A stretch of 64,000 bases of DNA, from contig NC_043010.1 in NCBI RefSeq assembly GCF_006345805.1, positions 22,072,001-22,136,000 of the forward strand, read 5' to 3'. The stretch's first letter is position 1; the number at the start of each line of letters is the position of its first letter. The notes beneath the pieces were generated by a model that searched no databases, was not told where the DNA came from, and saw nothing but the letters and a program-made list of their open reading frames with translations. Below, in pieces: positions 26,176 to 38,285 of this stretch. The stretch is from Octopus sinensis (lineage: Eukaryota). The position numbers and the translations under genes are program-made.

Positions 26176-29100
26176 CAGAGGACGTTTAGAGAGAACACCG
26201 GGGACGTTTAAGATGTAAGAACAATAAAACAGTGCTCCGAAATCTAACCACAAACATCGAAAAGAAAGACATCGTATGGAGTCAAAAATTTACTAACAAA
26301 GGACTGGACTATATCCGAGTAAGTAATACTCATTGAAATTTATTACTATTTTCGAAACGAAATGATGTATTTTAACTCGATATCATCTCCACCTCTAACA
26401 CAACACATGTAAACATGCGTGGTACATTACGATCCATCAACATCAGATCATCCCCGACCCCAAACACCGTGAACAAAAAACCTACGAAGAAATTAAATAA
26501 CACCGATATTATTCAACCCAAGAATAACATTCGGGAAGTACGTACTTTAAATTTACAACTCAAAATGTACGAAAAACTACACGTGCAAAACAATGTGACA
26601 ACAGAAATGAACGGACCGGTACCCTACGAAAATGACGACCGTCAAAATAAAGGGCCGGACGTTGTTCCTCATGTCCCGCAAATAAAACCCAAAAGACATA
26701 AAAGGACACGTGAGGAATACATTTCTATCCTACACGCTTACTTCACAGCAGTGCTCTACCCAAAAAATGAAAACACAACAACACATACATATAAAATATG
26801 GAAGGAAAATAACATAAATATAGACTTGGATACAGCATTGAACCCTAATAAACTAGCAAACGTACGAAGATACATTCTCAACGCAAAAAAATATCAGAAA
26901 TAGAAATAGAACATCTGAAAGAAAAAATACATCTGGAAAATCTAGATAGAAGCCACACAACAATGCCCAATAATATAAATACTGAAACAGTAAAACACGA
27001 AGACAAACGTAACATTCCCAACAAACACGATGTAAACAAAAAACAACAAACCCAGACCGCAAGGCTGTATAATAATACACGACATACGAACGTGAAAAAA
27101 AATGACACAAATGTAAAACCTGGAAACAACGAAGGGAAGCCTAATGATTATGATACTATAAAAAGTAGAATAATCAAAGAACTGAAAAACACAGATCTCA
27201 AGATGGACCACCGACCATACCTCCCAAAAATCAAAATAGACGAAACAACAACATCAATTATAAACAGCATAAATCTAGCCGTCACGGAACTAATAGCCAC
27301 TGAAAGAAAAAGCGATATCACTGAGCTAAATGACTTAGTATACGCAGCAGCCACTGCAGCCACAAAAGAAGCTGGATACTCACTCAAACCCATCCAAACA
27401 GGAGTACCACCACCCAAACAAACCCTGTGGATAAATAACATCCAAAACAAAATGCAAAAAATGAGAAAAGATCTGTCGATTCTTAATGAAATCAGTAGAC
27501 AATCAACGCTACTGAGCAACAAAAAGAAAACAAAAATACTCTGCAAATTCAACATCACAGAAAAAGATTTACCTGAGATAAAAGAAAAACTAAAGCAAGA
27601 TATCCTTGCCAAAGCAAAAAGGACGAAAAACCAGCGCTTCTTTGAACAAAACAAAAAGTTCAACTCCAACCCCAAAACGTTCTACCAAGAACTTGGCAAA
27701 AATAAAATAGAAATCACTGCAGCACCAACGGCAGAAGAAGTGGAAGAATTCTGCAGAGAAATATTATAGTAGGCGAATGAACAACCAAAAAAAAGGAGTA
27801 TTAAAACAACAAACACAGCATCTGAGCAACTTTGGACACCCATAACAACTGAAGAGGTCACCCAGGCACTGCAAAGACTAAGCAACTGGAAGGCACCTGG
27901 GCATGACAAGATCCCCAACTTCTGGTTGAAATATCTAACAAGAATGCACAAAAAGCTGACTGAAAACTTTAACAACATACTAGCAGAGCCAGAGACAATG
28001 CCAGAATGTCTCACGAAGGGGAAAACCATCTTAATTCCCAAATCAAATGAGACAGCAAAACCAGAAAACTACAGACCAATAACCTGTCTCCCTACAATGT
28101 AAAAGACATTTACTGCAGTGATATCGCAAAGGTTGAACAAGCACCTGGACGAAAACAACCTGTTTCCAGAAGAGCAGAAAGGATGCCGCAAAGGCTCATA
28201 TGGCTGTAAAGATCAACTAATGATTAATAAAGCCATAACTGAAGACAGCCACGGAAAGAAGAAAACTACTATAAAATAACCACCATAGGACTGCAAAAAT
28301 ATCTACTTCAGAATGAAGTAAAACTGATACAAATAGCGGCAAAACACGAGCAAAGCAAAAAAACTGTTCTCAGTATTTAAGGAAGCTGACAAATACAAAC
28401 AAGAAATCATACCACCTAATAAATATGAAGAAGTAGAAGAAGATGAAGAAACAACAAATGCTATAAAACAAGTGAAATCCAAACTAAAACTAGAACAGCA
28501 AAGAACCATGATAAAACGATGGCAAGAAAAGCCCCTTCATGGTAAATACTGGACTAAACTAAATGCAAAAGAAATAGACAAAGAAAAATCCCAGCAATGG
28601 TTGAGAAGCTCAGGACTCAAAGCAGAGACAGGGATTTTTAATTGCAGCACAAGTCCAAAGCCACCCCACCAGAAATTACCAAAAACATGTAATGAAAAGA
28701 AACATAACAAGTAACTGCAGAATATGTGGAGATGGACAAGAAACAATAAATCATATTATCTCTGGCTGCCCAGTCCTGGCTTAGAAGGAATATATTCACA
28801 GACATGACAGAGTTGGAACCTACATACACTGAAAGCTATGCCAACATTATGGAATAACAAGAGAAAAAAGATGGTATAGGCACACACCAGAAAAGGTCAC
28901 AGAAAACGAGAAAGCAACCATACTCTGGGATATGCCAATAAACACAGATAGAAAAATTAAGGCCAACAGACCAGATATAGTTGTCAGAGATCATGAAGAA
29001 AAAAATGCTTTCTAATTGATGTATCAATACCGGCAGATGACAACGTCTCTAAAAGAAATGGAGAAACTTTCAAAATACAAAGACCCGGAAATAGAGGTAA

Positions 29101-29376
29101 CCAGAATGTGGAATCTAAAAACAGAAACATTCCCTATCATAGTAGGTGCATTAGGCATGATAAAAAAATATTCAGACAAATACATAACAAAAACACCAGG
29201 ACTTACAAACACATATAACATACAGAAAATTGCACTACTAGCCACTGCACACATCCTACGCAGAACACTTTCAATACAATAACCTTCAGAGCATCACAAC
29301 AAATCACAGCACATACCCAAGGCACACAGAGCTGCGCTCGGTAGTGAAGTGAAAGCACGCTATAAAAATAAAACTA

Positions 29377-29379
<3 letters not shown>
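26174..29379 (+). mobile_element. Long Dong/R4-clade element, frameshifted, RT core deleted
   Basis: WKAPGHDKIPNFWLK, NYRPITCL, EEQKGCRKGSYGCKDQLMINK; jumps at about 28266 straight to the C-terminal domain (GLKAET, RHD, NRPD, KYKD, PIIVGALG); (AAT)n on both flanks. Confidence 0.9.
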
Positions 29380-29452
<73 letters not shown>

Positions 29453-29794
29453 GAATCGACCTCGGTGGGATATGAACTCAGAACGAAAAGACGGATGAAA
29501 TACTGCCAAGCATTTTGCCGAGCGGGATAGCGATTTGGTCACCTCGCCAACTTATTGCTGGACCAAATATTACAAAACATTTTGCCTGACGTTTTTTACG
29601 AGTCTGCAAATTCCTGTCTCTTGAATACTTTGGCTAAATAATCTACATTCCACATTTCCTTGGCACCCAAATCGTGAAACCAACTTCACTGGGGACTGGC
29701 TGAAGACTACAGTGAGAATGAGTTGTCACTCAACGCCTAGTCTGACTTTAACAATCTCCATGTGTGTGTGTATGCACATTCATAATCATACATG

Positions 29795-30633
29795 CATGAA
29801 GCATATTTCAGAGGTTTTCAGATACTTTTACAAGCAGTTATAACACTTTTTGATTATTCTAATTCTAGCGTATCATTTCTATCCGTCAAACAAACTGACT
29901 TGCCATCTTTTATTGTTCTAGATTGAAGAGAACGCCTGTAGCATCACTTTGAACACGCCCAAACAAATACATGCTTGTCAGAGTTAACAAGTTTGCAGAA
30001 ACTAGTCGGGACGTAAAGATAATCTGGAAGCTCGGTATACAATAAATTTTTGTGTTAAACCGGGCAAAAAGGATGCGGAGACATAAAATGCGGGAGTCGA
30101 ATTATGGATTAATTTGTATGAGACGAGGATTTGATTTTCACAGGGACAAGAAGCCAGGCGAAGTAAGTCCACCAGGAAGCTCATAAAGATGCTCTTTTTC
30201 GACAACAGGAGCATCATCTACAAACACTGAGCAACCGGTCCACAAAGCAGCCGGTCCTCTGAGTAGCCGGTCTTCTGAGCAACCGATCCTCTGAGCAGCC
30301 GGTCCGCAAAGCAACCGGTACACAAAGAGTATCTTGTAGAGGTTTTGAAGGAGTTCAGAAAGTGATTTTGCTGGACAAAGCAAGAGCACCTGCCTGCACG
30401 CGGACAATGCACCAGTCCACGATTCCATCCAGATAACCAACTACTTGACAGAGAAGAGCAACAAATCTGTCCCTCGCCCAGCCTACAGTCCAAACCATCC
30501 TGCCTGAAACTTCTCGAAGTGGCTGGAGGGCTACAAGAAATGCACCGATATCAGAGGATCACCCGAGAAGGAAAGTATTGTTTTGCACTTCTTTGGAATC
30601 TGAAGTCTGAAAACGTCTGGAATGTACCTTGTA
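29795..30633 (+). mobile_element. mariner-family deletion derivative
   Basis: Imperfect TIRs 29796-29822 and 30606-30633; remnants ARYTINFCVKPGK, MLFFDNRSIIYKH, HADNAPVH, VPRPAYSPN. Confidence 0.75.
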
Positions 30634-30753
30634 CTTACTCCTGCATACACGAATGCACATATGCGGTCATATACACGTGAATATATTCAAATGTACAAAA
30701 CATAAGCATGTTTACATGAATACACATTCTCGCTTCTGCATACACACACACAA

Positions 30754-30826
<73 letters not shown>

Positions 30827-30832
30827 TATATA

Positions 30833-30941
30833 TCACTGTGACCGACCAGGCTATCAGATGTTGCTACATATCGCTGGTTACAATGCGCTTCGCATTATTT
30901 TAGCCTTCAAATGACGCCACCCCGCTGGCTAAGCGAGCAGG

Positions 30942-30945
<4 letters not shown>
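30833..30945 (+). repeat. About 115-bp structured element 'family E' in (TA)n
   Basis: tcactgtgaccgaccaggctatcag...ggctaagcgagcaggccaa; (TA)n on both sides. Confidence 0.8.
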
Positions 30946-31007
<62 letters not shown>

Positions 31008-31134
31008 ATATGAACACACGCGATAGCGCACACACACATGCTTACATACCTAGACACTCTAATAACCAATGACAGGAAATTAAATACTCATCGACACATA
31101 TGGTTACTTTTCACATATATTTATGGACATGCGC

Positions 31135-31177
<43 letters not shown>

Positions 31178-31353
31178 CACAGATTTATATACACACACAC
31201 ATACACACACAGGCATATACAGAAGCATACGCACTAATACACACCGGCAAACGCACGACAAACTAATTCAAACATGCAGTCGTATATGTATATTATATCT
31301 ATAAAAGGAATGATGTGTGTGCGTGTGTGTGTGTATGTGTGTGTGTGTGTCTG

Positions 31354-31618
31354 TGTACCTGATTGCAGTTTATGCACATCCACAAATTAGCACGTAGGTC
31401 GCTCAAATTTTAGGATATTCATCAACATTCTATCTGGGATTTGTCAACTTATTTTTTTCCCGTGGCACCCGCGGATAGCGGTAAAATTCTATTTTCAGCC
31501 ATTGCTTTTAGCCATAAAAATATCAGCCATAGCTTTTTTGACGGCGTCTAACAAAAAAAAGATAAAGAAAAGTGGAAGAGGGGCAGAGAGTTTCACGGGA
31601 AAGACAAAGTCAGAGGGG

Positions 31619-31649
<31 letters not shown>

Positions 31650-32214
31650 TAAGCGACGACGTTCATAAAAAATAAAATTTTAAATGTTTCGTTTTTTCTT
31701 AAACACGAGATATAGTGTTCAAGTTCAGGATGGTTTTGAAAGACACTATATTTTATAATCATAGTAAATATACTTTCTCACACAACAATTACAATATATT
31801 TATTTAAAATCATTTATTTATTTTAAATCGTTCATCTTTCTCCCCCCCTCTCTCTCACACACACACTGCTTTGGGTGCGAAAGAGTTTTGTTTTTATTTT
31901 ACGCCGAGTAAAAAAGTGCTTTGTTGACAATCCATTTATTTAACAACAAAGAAACAAAGCGGTAAGTAACAATTTGTCAGTGAATTACCCAATATAAATG
32001 GGTTAAATTTGCGAGGCCTCCACCACACCCCACCCCACTCCGTTTCACGGACCAGAAAAAGTGTTTTGAGGCCAGAGTAGTTGATTCCACTAAAAAAAAA
32101 ACGATTTTTTTTCTTAGTGAAAATCGTGCGAGTGTTAATCTACAAATTTAACATTTTTTCCATTCATTTCTGTTTGTGAACATTTATGCATGCACAAAAA
32201 ATGCAATAGGTGTA
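31354..32214. mobile_element. Possible MITE (about 860 bp)
   Basis: Ends tgtacctgattgcagtttatgcacatccacaaat and atttatgcatgcacaaaaaatgcaataggtgta are roughly 70% inverted repeats. Confidence 0.4.
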
Positions 32215-32261
32215 CGTACGTACATGTGTGTATGTGTGTTCGTATCTCTTGCCTATATATA

Positions 32262-32650
32262 CTCTCTTTAATCTCTTTTACTTGTTTCAGTCATTTGACT
32301 GCCGCCATGCTGGAGCACCGCCTTTAATCGAGCAACTCGACCCCGGGACTTATTCTTTTGTAAGCCCAGTACTATCGGTTTCTTTTGCCGAACCGCTAAG
32401 TAACGTGGACATAAACACACCAGTATCGGTTGTCCAGCAATGCTAGGGGGACAAACACGGACACACAAACACACATACACGCATATATAAATATACATAT
32501 ATACAACGGGCTTCTTTCAGTTTCCGTCTACCAAATCCACTCACAAGGCTATAGTAGAAGACACTTGCGCAAGGTGCCACGCAGTGGGACTGAACCCGGA
32601 ACCATGTGGTTGGGAAACAAGCTACTTACCACAGAGCCACTCCTGCGCCT
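32262..32650 (-). mobile_element. CORE-type SINE, near full length
   Basis: Reverse complement begins aggcgcaggagtggctctgtggtaagtagcttg...ggttccgggttcagtcccactgcgtggcaccttgcgcaagtgtc. Confidence 0.85.
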
Positions 32651-32689
32651 ACATTTATATTATATTATATATAATATATATAATATATA

Positions 32690-32823
32690 TATAATATAAC
32701 TAATTTCATCGTATTTCGCCCAAATTTGACGTCTATATTACTTAGTTTGGTTTAAAATAAAGAACTTGATTAGCTTAATAATCGTAACTTAATCCCGGGC
32801 AAGGCCGGGTTGCACTGCTAGTA
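32690..32823 (-). mobile_element. 5' fragment of Helentron-associated (HINE/DINE-like) element
   Basis: Reverse complement tactagcagtgcaacccggccttgcccggg matches the 5' end at 61450. Confidence 0.5.
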
Positions 32824-32853
32824 TATATATATATATAATATATATATATATAT

Positions 32854-33032
32854 AGGTGCAGGCGAAGCTGCGCGCGGTAAAAAGCGCTTGCTTCCCAACA
32901 ACATGGTTTCGGGTTCAGTCCCTCTTCGTGGCACCTTGGGCAAGTGTCTTCTACTACAGCCTCGGGCCGACCAAAGCCTCGTGAGTCGATTTGGTACACG
33001 GAACCTCAAAGAAGCCCGTCGTATATAACATA

Positions 33033-33095
<63 letters not shown>

Positions 33096-33378
33096 ACATG
33101 TATGTATGTATGTATGTATGTATGTATGTATGTATGTATGTATGTATGTATGTATGTATATGTGTGCCTGTTTTTGTCGCGCCACCATTTCCCTATATCC
33201 ACTGTTGGTGTGCTTACCTCCCTGTAAATCAACGGTTCGGCAAAAGAAACCGTTAGGATAAGTACTATGCTTACAGAGAATAAGTCCTGGGGTTGATTCG
33301 TTCGACTAAATGCAGTGCTCCAGCATGGCCTCAGACAAATGATTGAAACAAGTAAAAGACTTAAAAGAATAAAAGAAT
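32854..33378 (+). mobile_element. CORE-type SINE, full length with expanded internal microsatellite
   Basis: aggtgcaggcg...ggtttcgggttcagtccc...ggcaccttgggcaagtgtcttctactacagcctcggg...gtgctccagcatggcc...aagtaaaaga tail. Confidence 0.85.
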
Positions 33379-33881
33379 ATATATATGTATATATATATAT
33401 ATACACACGCATATGTAAATATAAAGACACACAAGGAGACATGGACACAAACAGACACACAAATATATACATATCCACAACCGCATACACACAGGCCCAG
33501 ACATACCCCGCCTCAATGCCCATACATTACACACATACATACCATTCCATTAGTCTCACATTGCTCATTAATCACACATCCAGACAGGCGTCAATCATGC
33601 AGCTATTAACCTTACTCCTCCTTCTACTCCACCTCCTAAATCCCCTTCCTGTTGTTTTTTTAATGAACAAACCGACATCTTTAATCCCTGTGACTTTCAT
33701 CAATTGTCATAACTCTTCGATGTTGTCTTTACCAACCTACATTATTTCCAGCATTATCACACGGGTTAATTGCAAGAAAATATTCATTATTTTATCTAGT
33801 TATTAGTATTATTATAGCAGTAGGAGTTTTAGTGGTGGTAGCGGTTGTGGTGGTGATGGTCGTGGTGATAGTAGTGGTGTC

Positions 33882-33952
<71 letters not shown>

Positions 33953-34077
33953 AATTATCTTGAATTTTACATTTTATGTTTTTCTAGTTTTATGAGTCAC
34001 AAAATCAGTAAAAAAAAATTTGAGAGCAGCGTGTGTATGTGTATATGTGTGTATGTGTACGTGTGTGTATGTATGTG

Positions 34078-34144
<67 letters not shown>

Positions 34145-34279
34145 TATATATTATGTATATATATATATATATAAATGTATATATATATATGTATATATAT
34201 ATATGTATATATATATATGTATGTATGTAATATATATATATATATATATATATTATATAATATAATATAATATATAATA

Positions 34280-34401
34280 TCACCGTGATCACCGTGACCG
34301 ACAAGGCTATTAGATGTTGCTACATATCGCCGGTCACAATGCGCTTCGCATTGTTTTAGCCTTCAAATGACGCCACTCCGCTGGCTAAGCGGGCAGGCCA
34401 A
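34280..34401 (+). repeat. Family E copy in (TA)n
   Basis: Homologous to 30833-30945; 5' tcaccgtga duplicated. Confidence 0.8.
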
Positions 34402-34597
34402 TATATATATATATATATATTTCGTTTTGGGGATTTGGTTTGCAAGGGAGTGAAGACTATTGAAAAAGTTGCAAGACGCAACGAAAATTTTAGGAAAATA
34501 AAAATAAGAAATAAGTGGAAATTTTACCGGTGAGTGTGTTAAATTATAAGGCACAAAAAGAAAATGACTCTCCCCAGACACAACAGAATATATTTGT

Positions 34598-34945
34598 TTG
34601 TTTTACTTATTTCAGTCATTCGACTGCAGCGGCCATGCTGGAGTACTGCCTTTAGTCGAGCAAATCAACTCCAGGGTTTTATCCTTTGTAAGCCTTAGTA
34701 CCTATTCTATCGCTCACTTTTGCCGAATCGCTAATTTACGGGGACGTAAACACACCAACATCGGTTTCCAAGCAATGGTTGGGGAACAAACTGAAACACA
34801 TACACACATGTATATATGTATGTATATATGTATGTAATTATGTATGTATGTATGTATGTATGTATATATGACGGGTTTCTTTCAGTTTTCGTCTACCAAA
34901 TTGCCACGCAGTGAGACTGAACCCGGAACCATTGATTTGAAAGCA
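34598..34945 (-). mobile_element. CORE-type SINE with internal deletion
   Basis: ttttacttatttcagtcattcgactgcagcggccatgctggag...ttgccacgcagtgagactgaacccggaacc. Confidence 0.75.
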
Positions 34946-35082
34946 AGCTTCTTATACATACACATACACGCACGCGCATATATATATATGTATATAAAGA
35001 TATACATACATACACACACACATGCATGCATGCATACATACATACATACATACATACATACATACATACATACATACATACA

Positions 35083-35114
<32 letters not shown>

Positions 35115-35467
35115 CATACACGGTGAACAAAAGAGAACATTTATAGTGAATTAATGCAGAACTTCCAGCTCTTGTTGCTTCACTATCAATGCTCATTTGA
35201 ACCTGTCATTCCCAGGTGCCTTAGACTATGTACAAACAGATTTACACAGAAACACAACATCTTTTCTATTAATGGTACAGTGACGATTCGCAAGGGATTC
35301 TAGAGCATTCCTATCTGAGATTCTCTAGGTGAATACGTGCACATACTTAGGTGAGTGCTTCAGCAGTGCTGCCAACCAACCAATTCAACCTCATAAACAC
35401 AAACCCTGTTTAGAAAAATGTAAATAAAGCTGAAAGGAAAACACATATACACCTATAGTGCGATGCC

Positions 35468-35572
35468 TGTACCGACCAGGCTGCCAGATGTTGATATCGA
35501 GCGCTTGTCATAGTGCCGCCCTTGAAATTCTTGTAGCTTATCAATGATACCGCCATGCTGGCTAGGCCAATA
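35468..35572 (+). repeat. Diverged family E copy
   Basis: tgtaccgaccaggctgccagatgttg...gctggctaggccaa. Confidence 0.55.
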
Positions 35573-35749
35573 TTCCACAAGAAATGAACGCCAGTCCGTC
35601 GTAGAGTTACCTATTTATAGCCGAATGAGTGGGACCAACGGGAAATGAAGAGTTTTGCTCAAGAATAGAGCATTATCATCGGTCTGCGTATTAATCCCAC
35701 TGTTTTGTGATCGTGCGTTTCCCACTGTCAACTCTAGGCTACGCTCCTT

Positions 35750-35781
<32 letters not shown>

Positions 35782-36005
35782 TGCAGACGCACACACACAC
35801 GTGCACACATTAATATATGTAACTTTTTCATGCATTGTTGTATGTGTGTGTTGCGTGTGTATATATGCGTGTTGTGTGTGTTGTGTGTATATATATATGT
35901 GTGTGTTGTGTGTGTGTGTGTGTATGTGCGTGTTGCGTGTGTATATGTGTGTATTGTATATGTGTTTGTTGTGAATGTATGTGTATAAATATATACATAC
36001 ACTCA

Positions 36006-36048
<43 letters not shown>

Positions 36049-36503
36049 TTATCTATTTATCAATTTATCTGTCTGTGTGTGCATGTGTTTGTGCGTGTGT
36101 GTATGTGTAGGTGTGTGTGTGTGTGCGTATATGTGTGTGTGCATGTAAGTATACGCTGAGAATGGTGTCTGAGGTTATCTTGAAGTAGAGTATCAAAGAA
36201 ATTCAAAAACATTCGAAAGTCAAAGCTTTGTGGTTTATTAAATATCTAACTTTATTTTTCTCTTAATATATATATATATACGTTTATTAAATTTCCGACC
36301 TCAAAAGATCCTTCTCAAAAACTTTCCTTGTCTTTGTCGATGTTATTTGGTCAGAGTTTTGGCAGGGTTATCTGTTTTAACTTATTCAACTGAATATGCT
36401 TTGCATCTGAAAAACATAATTATTCATCAACACATTATTGAAGGACGCCACAGGAGAAAGACCACGCGTCTGATTGACGCTAAGTTTGGTTATAACGGTG
36501 CTT

Positions 36504-36616
36504 CTAATGCTGACCATTTAAGTTGACCTCAGGGTTCCAGACAAAGACTCTTGAATCTTTTGAAAAACTCCTTTTAAGGACTGAAATGAAAAGAAGGAAA
36601 AGATGATAAAGCTACT
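36504..36616 (+). repeat. Repeat arm, inverted relative to 41688-41798
   Basis: ctaatgctgaccatttaagttgacctcagggttccagacaaagac...; visually about 88% identical to the reverse complement of 41688-41798. Confidence 0.75.
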
Positions 36617-36749
36617 CTTTATGAAACCGTTTGTTTGCGATTTTCTAACGCGTATCAAAATATTATTCGGCACAAACATACGTACATAAAGTTTTATATA
36701 CACACATTATATACACATATGAATATGCGCATACATATATATATATGAA

Positions 36750-36785
<36 letters not shown>

Positions 36786-36796
36786 TGTATATATGT

Positions 36797-36879
<83 letters not shown>

Positions 36880-36885
36880 CTATAT

Positions 36886-37046
36886 ACCGGAGTAAGCACA
36901 TAAATGTGAAATAAGGTGTAAAAAAGAGTACTCAAATACCAGAGGCAGAGTAATGTGCTTTATTTAAACAAAACTGTCCGCCGAACGGGAACGTGAAACT
37001 CCGAGTAACATCTTTTGTTATATTTCTGCTGCTTTTAATTAAGTGT
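36886..37046. mobile_element. 'Family G' HHR-bearing element with internal inversion, in (TA)n
   Basis: 36886-36968 is the reverse complement of 58910-58992; 36969-37046 is in the opposite orientation and carries an HHR relic. Confidence 0.7.
36975..37010 (+). ncRNA. Hammerhead relic (core CCGCCGA)
   Basis: TGT CCGCCGA ACG-ggaa-CGT GAA ACTC-c-GAGT A ACA; helix I extends AACAAAA/TTTTGTT. Confidence 0.5.
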
Positions 37047-37052
37047 TATATA

Positions 37053-37126
<74 letters not shown>

Positions 37127-37129
37127 GCA

Positions 37130-37312
37130 CACGTAGTCAGTGTTGGCTGTCGAGAGAAACATTGCCCAACACTGCAGAGCCGAGGTTTACTGTGTTCTTG
37201 TTTTTGTCGAGTCAGGTTCTTGTAATTTTGGAGTGTTTCGTGTGCAGCACAGGTCATGATATGCCTGACAACTTAGTGGACGCACAGTCGAAACATTAGC
37301 ATGACAAGACCA
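37130..37312 (+). ncRNA. Short element with two hammerhead-like relics (37138-37174, 37261-37302)
   Basis: CAGTGTTGG CTGTCGA GA GAAAC ATT GC CCAACACTG, and ATGC CTGACAA...GTG-gacg-CAC...GAAAC ATTA GCAT. Confidence 0.45.
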
Positions 37313-37414
37313 ATATATATATATTTATATAATATAGGATAACATTTTTCTAAAGAATTTTATCAATGGTCAGTATATTAAAAAATACCTTTAAAGGTTA
37401 AATTTATAAACAAG

Positions 37415-37628
37415 GACAAAAGAAAAAATTTGTAATGCCAAATATGCCGAAACTAGACACATCGTCCATAACCATATAATTCATGACTAGAAGCACGCGT
37501 CTCGTGGAAACACGTGCTTTCTTCGAAACACGTGCTTATAGTGATGAATTATATGGCTATGGTCGATGTGTCTAGTTTCGGCATATTTGGCATTAGAAAT
37601 TTTTCTTTTGCCCTTCTTTATAAGTTGA
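37415..37628. repeat. Imperfect palindrome (about 90-bp arms) in (TA)n
   Basis: taatgccaaatatgccgaaactagacacatcg... mirrored by ...cgatgtgtctagtttcggcatatttggcatta. Confidence 0.85.
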
Positions 37629-37631
37629 TTA

Positions 37632-37700
<69 letters not shown>

Positions 37701-37789
37701 TATATATAGGACAATCAGTCATTTCCTACCAAAAATATTACTAATCCCACCGAATGCAATTTTTCAAAGAAAGACATTTAAAAATATAT

Positions 37790-37837
37790 AGACCTGTATC
37801 ACAGTGATTTCATACTTACGTAATCATCAGCAGGCCT
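37790..37837 (-). ncRNA. Array-1 hammerhead, inverted copy
   Basis: Exact reverse complement of 38238-38285. Confidence 0.8.
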
Positions 37838-38237
37838 GAATATACTATAAATAAACAACGTATGAATATACTATAAATAAACAGCGTATGGCGGTGTATG
37901 TAGAATGCCTTCTGGCATGTATGTATAATGCCCTCTATATATAAATTAATATGTTCAATAAGAATAATTATTTTCGAAATTTTTTCTCGTATGAGGTTTT
38001 TACGCTATCTACCTGACAATTTCTTGTTAAGTTTTCCTTATTAAGTAGTTAAGTAGTTGTCCTTAATTGCTAAATTTTTATTCCGAAAAAACTTTTCCTC
38101 TCCCGAAATGCAATTCGTAAAAGTTTGCCATTCATCCGGATATAGTATATATAAACCCACCATGTGCTTCGTTGATGTTGATCAGTTAGCTGATCGGCTT
38201 AAGCGAAGCAGGGTCGTTGTTTATTTATAGTATATTC

Positions 38238-38285
38238 AGGCCTGCTGATGATTACGTAAGTATGAAATCACTGTGATACAGGTCT
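38238..38285 (+). ncRNA. Array-1 type-I hammerhead ribozyme motif
   Basis: AGGCCTG CTGATGA T-TAC-gtaa-GTA-T GAA ATCAC-t-GTGAT A CAGGTCT; AUA site after 38278. Confidence 0.8.

Noticed and set aside
26174-26420. HDV-like ribozyme at the 5' end of the long Dong element
   Set aside because: Expected by analogy with R2/R4 elements, but no P1-P4 fold could be found by eye.
30840-30945. Family E as an HDV-like ribozyme
   Set aside because: No P3/L3 of correct size, no P1.1 GG, and no catalytic C in J4/2 in either register tried.
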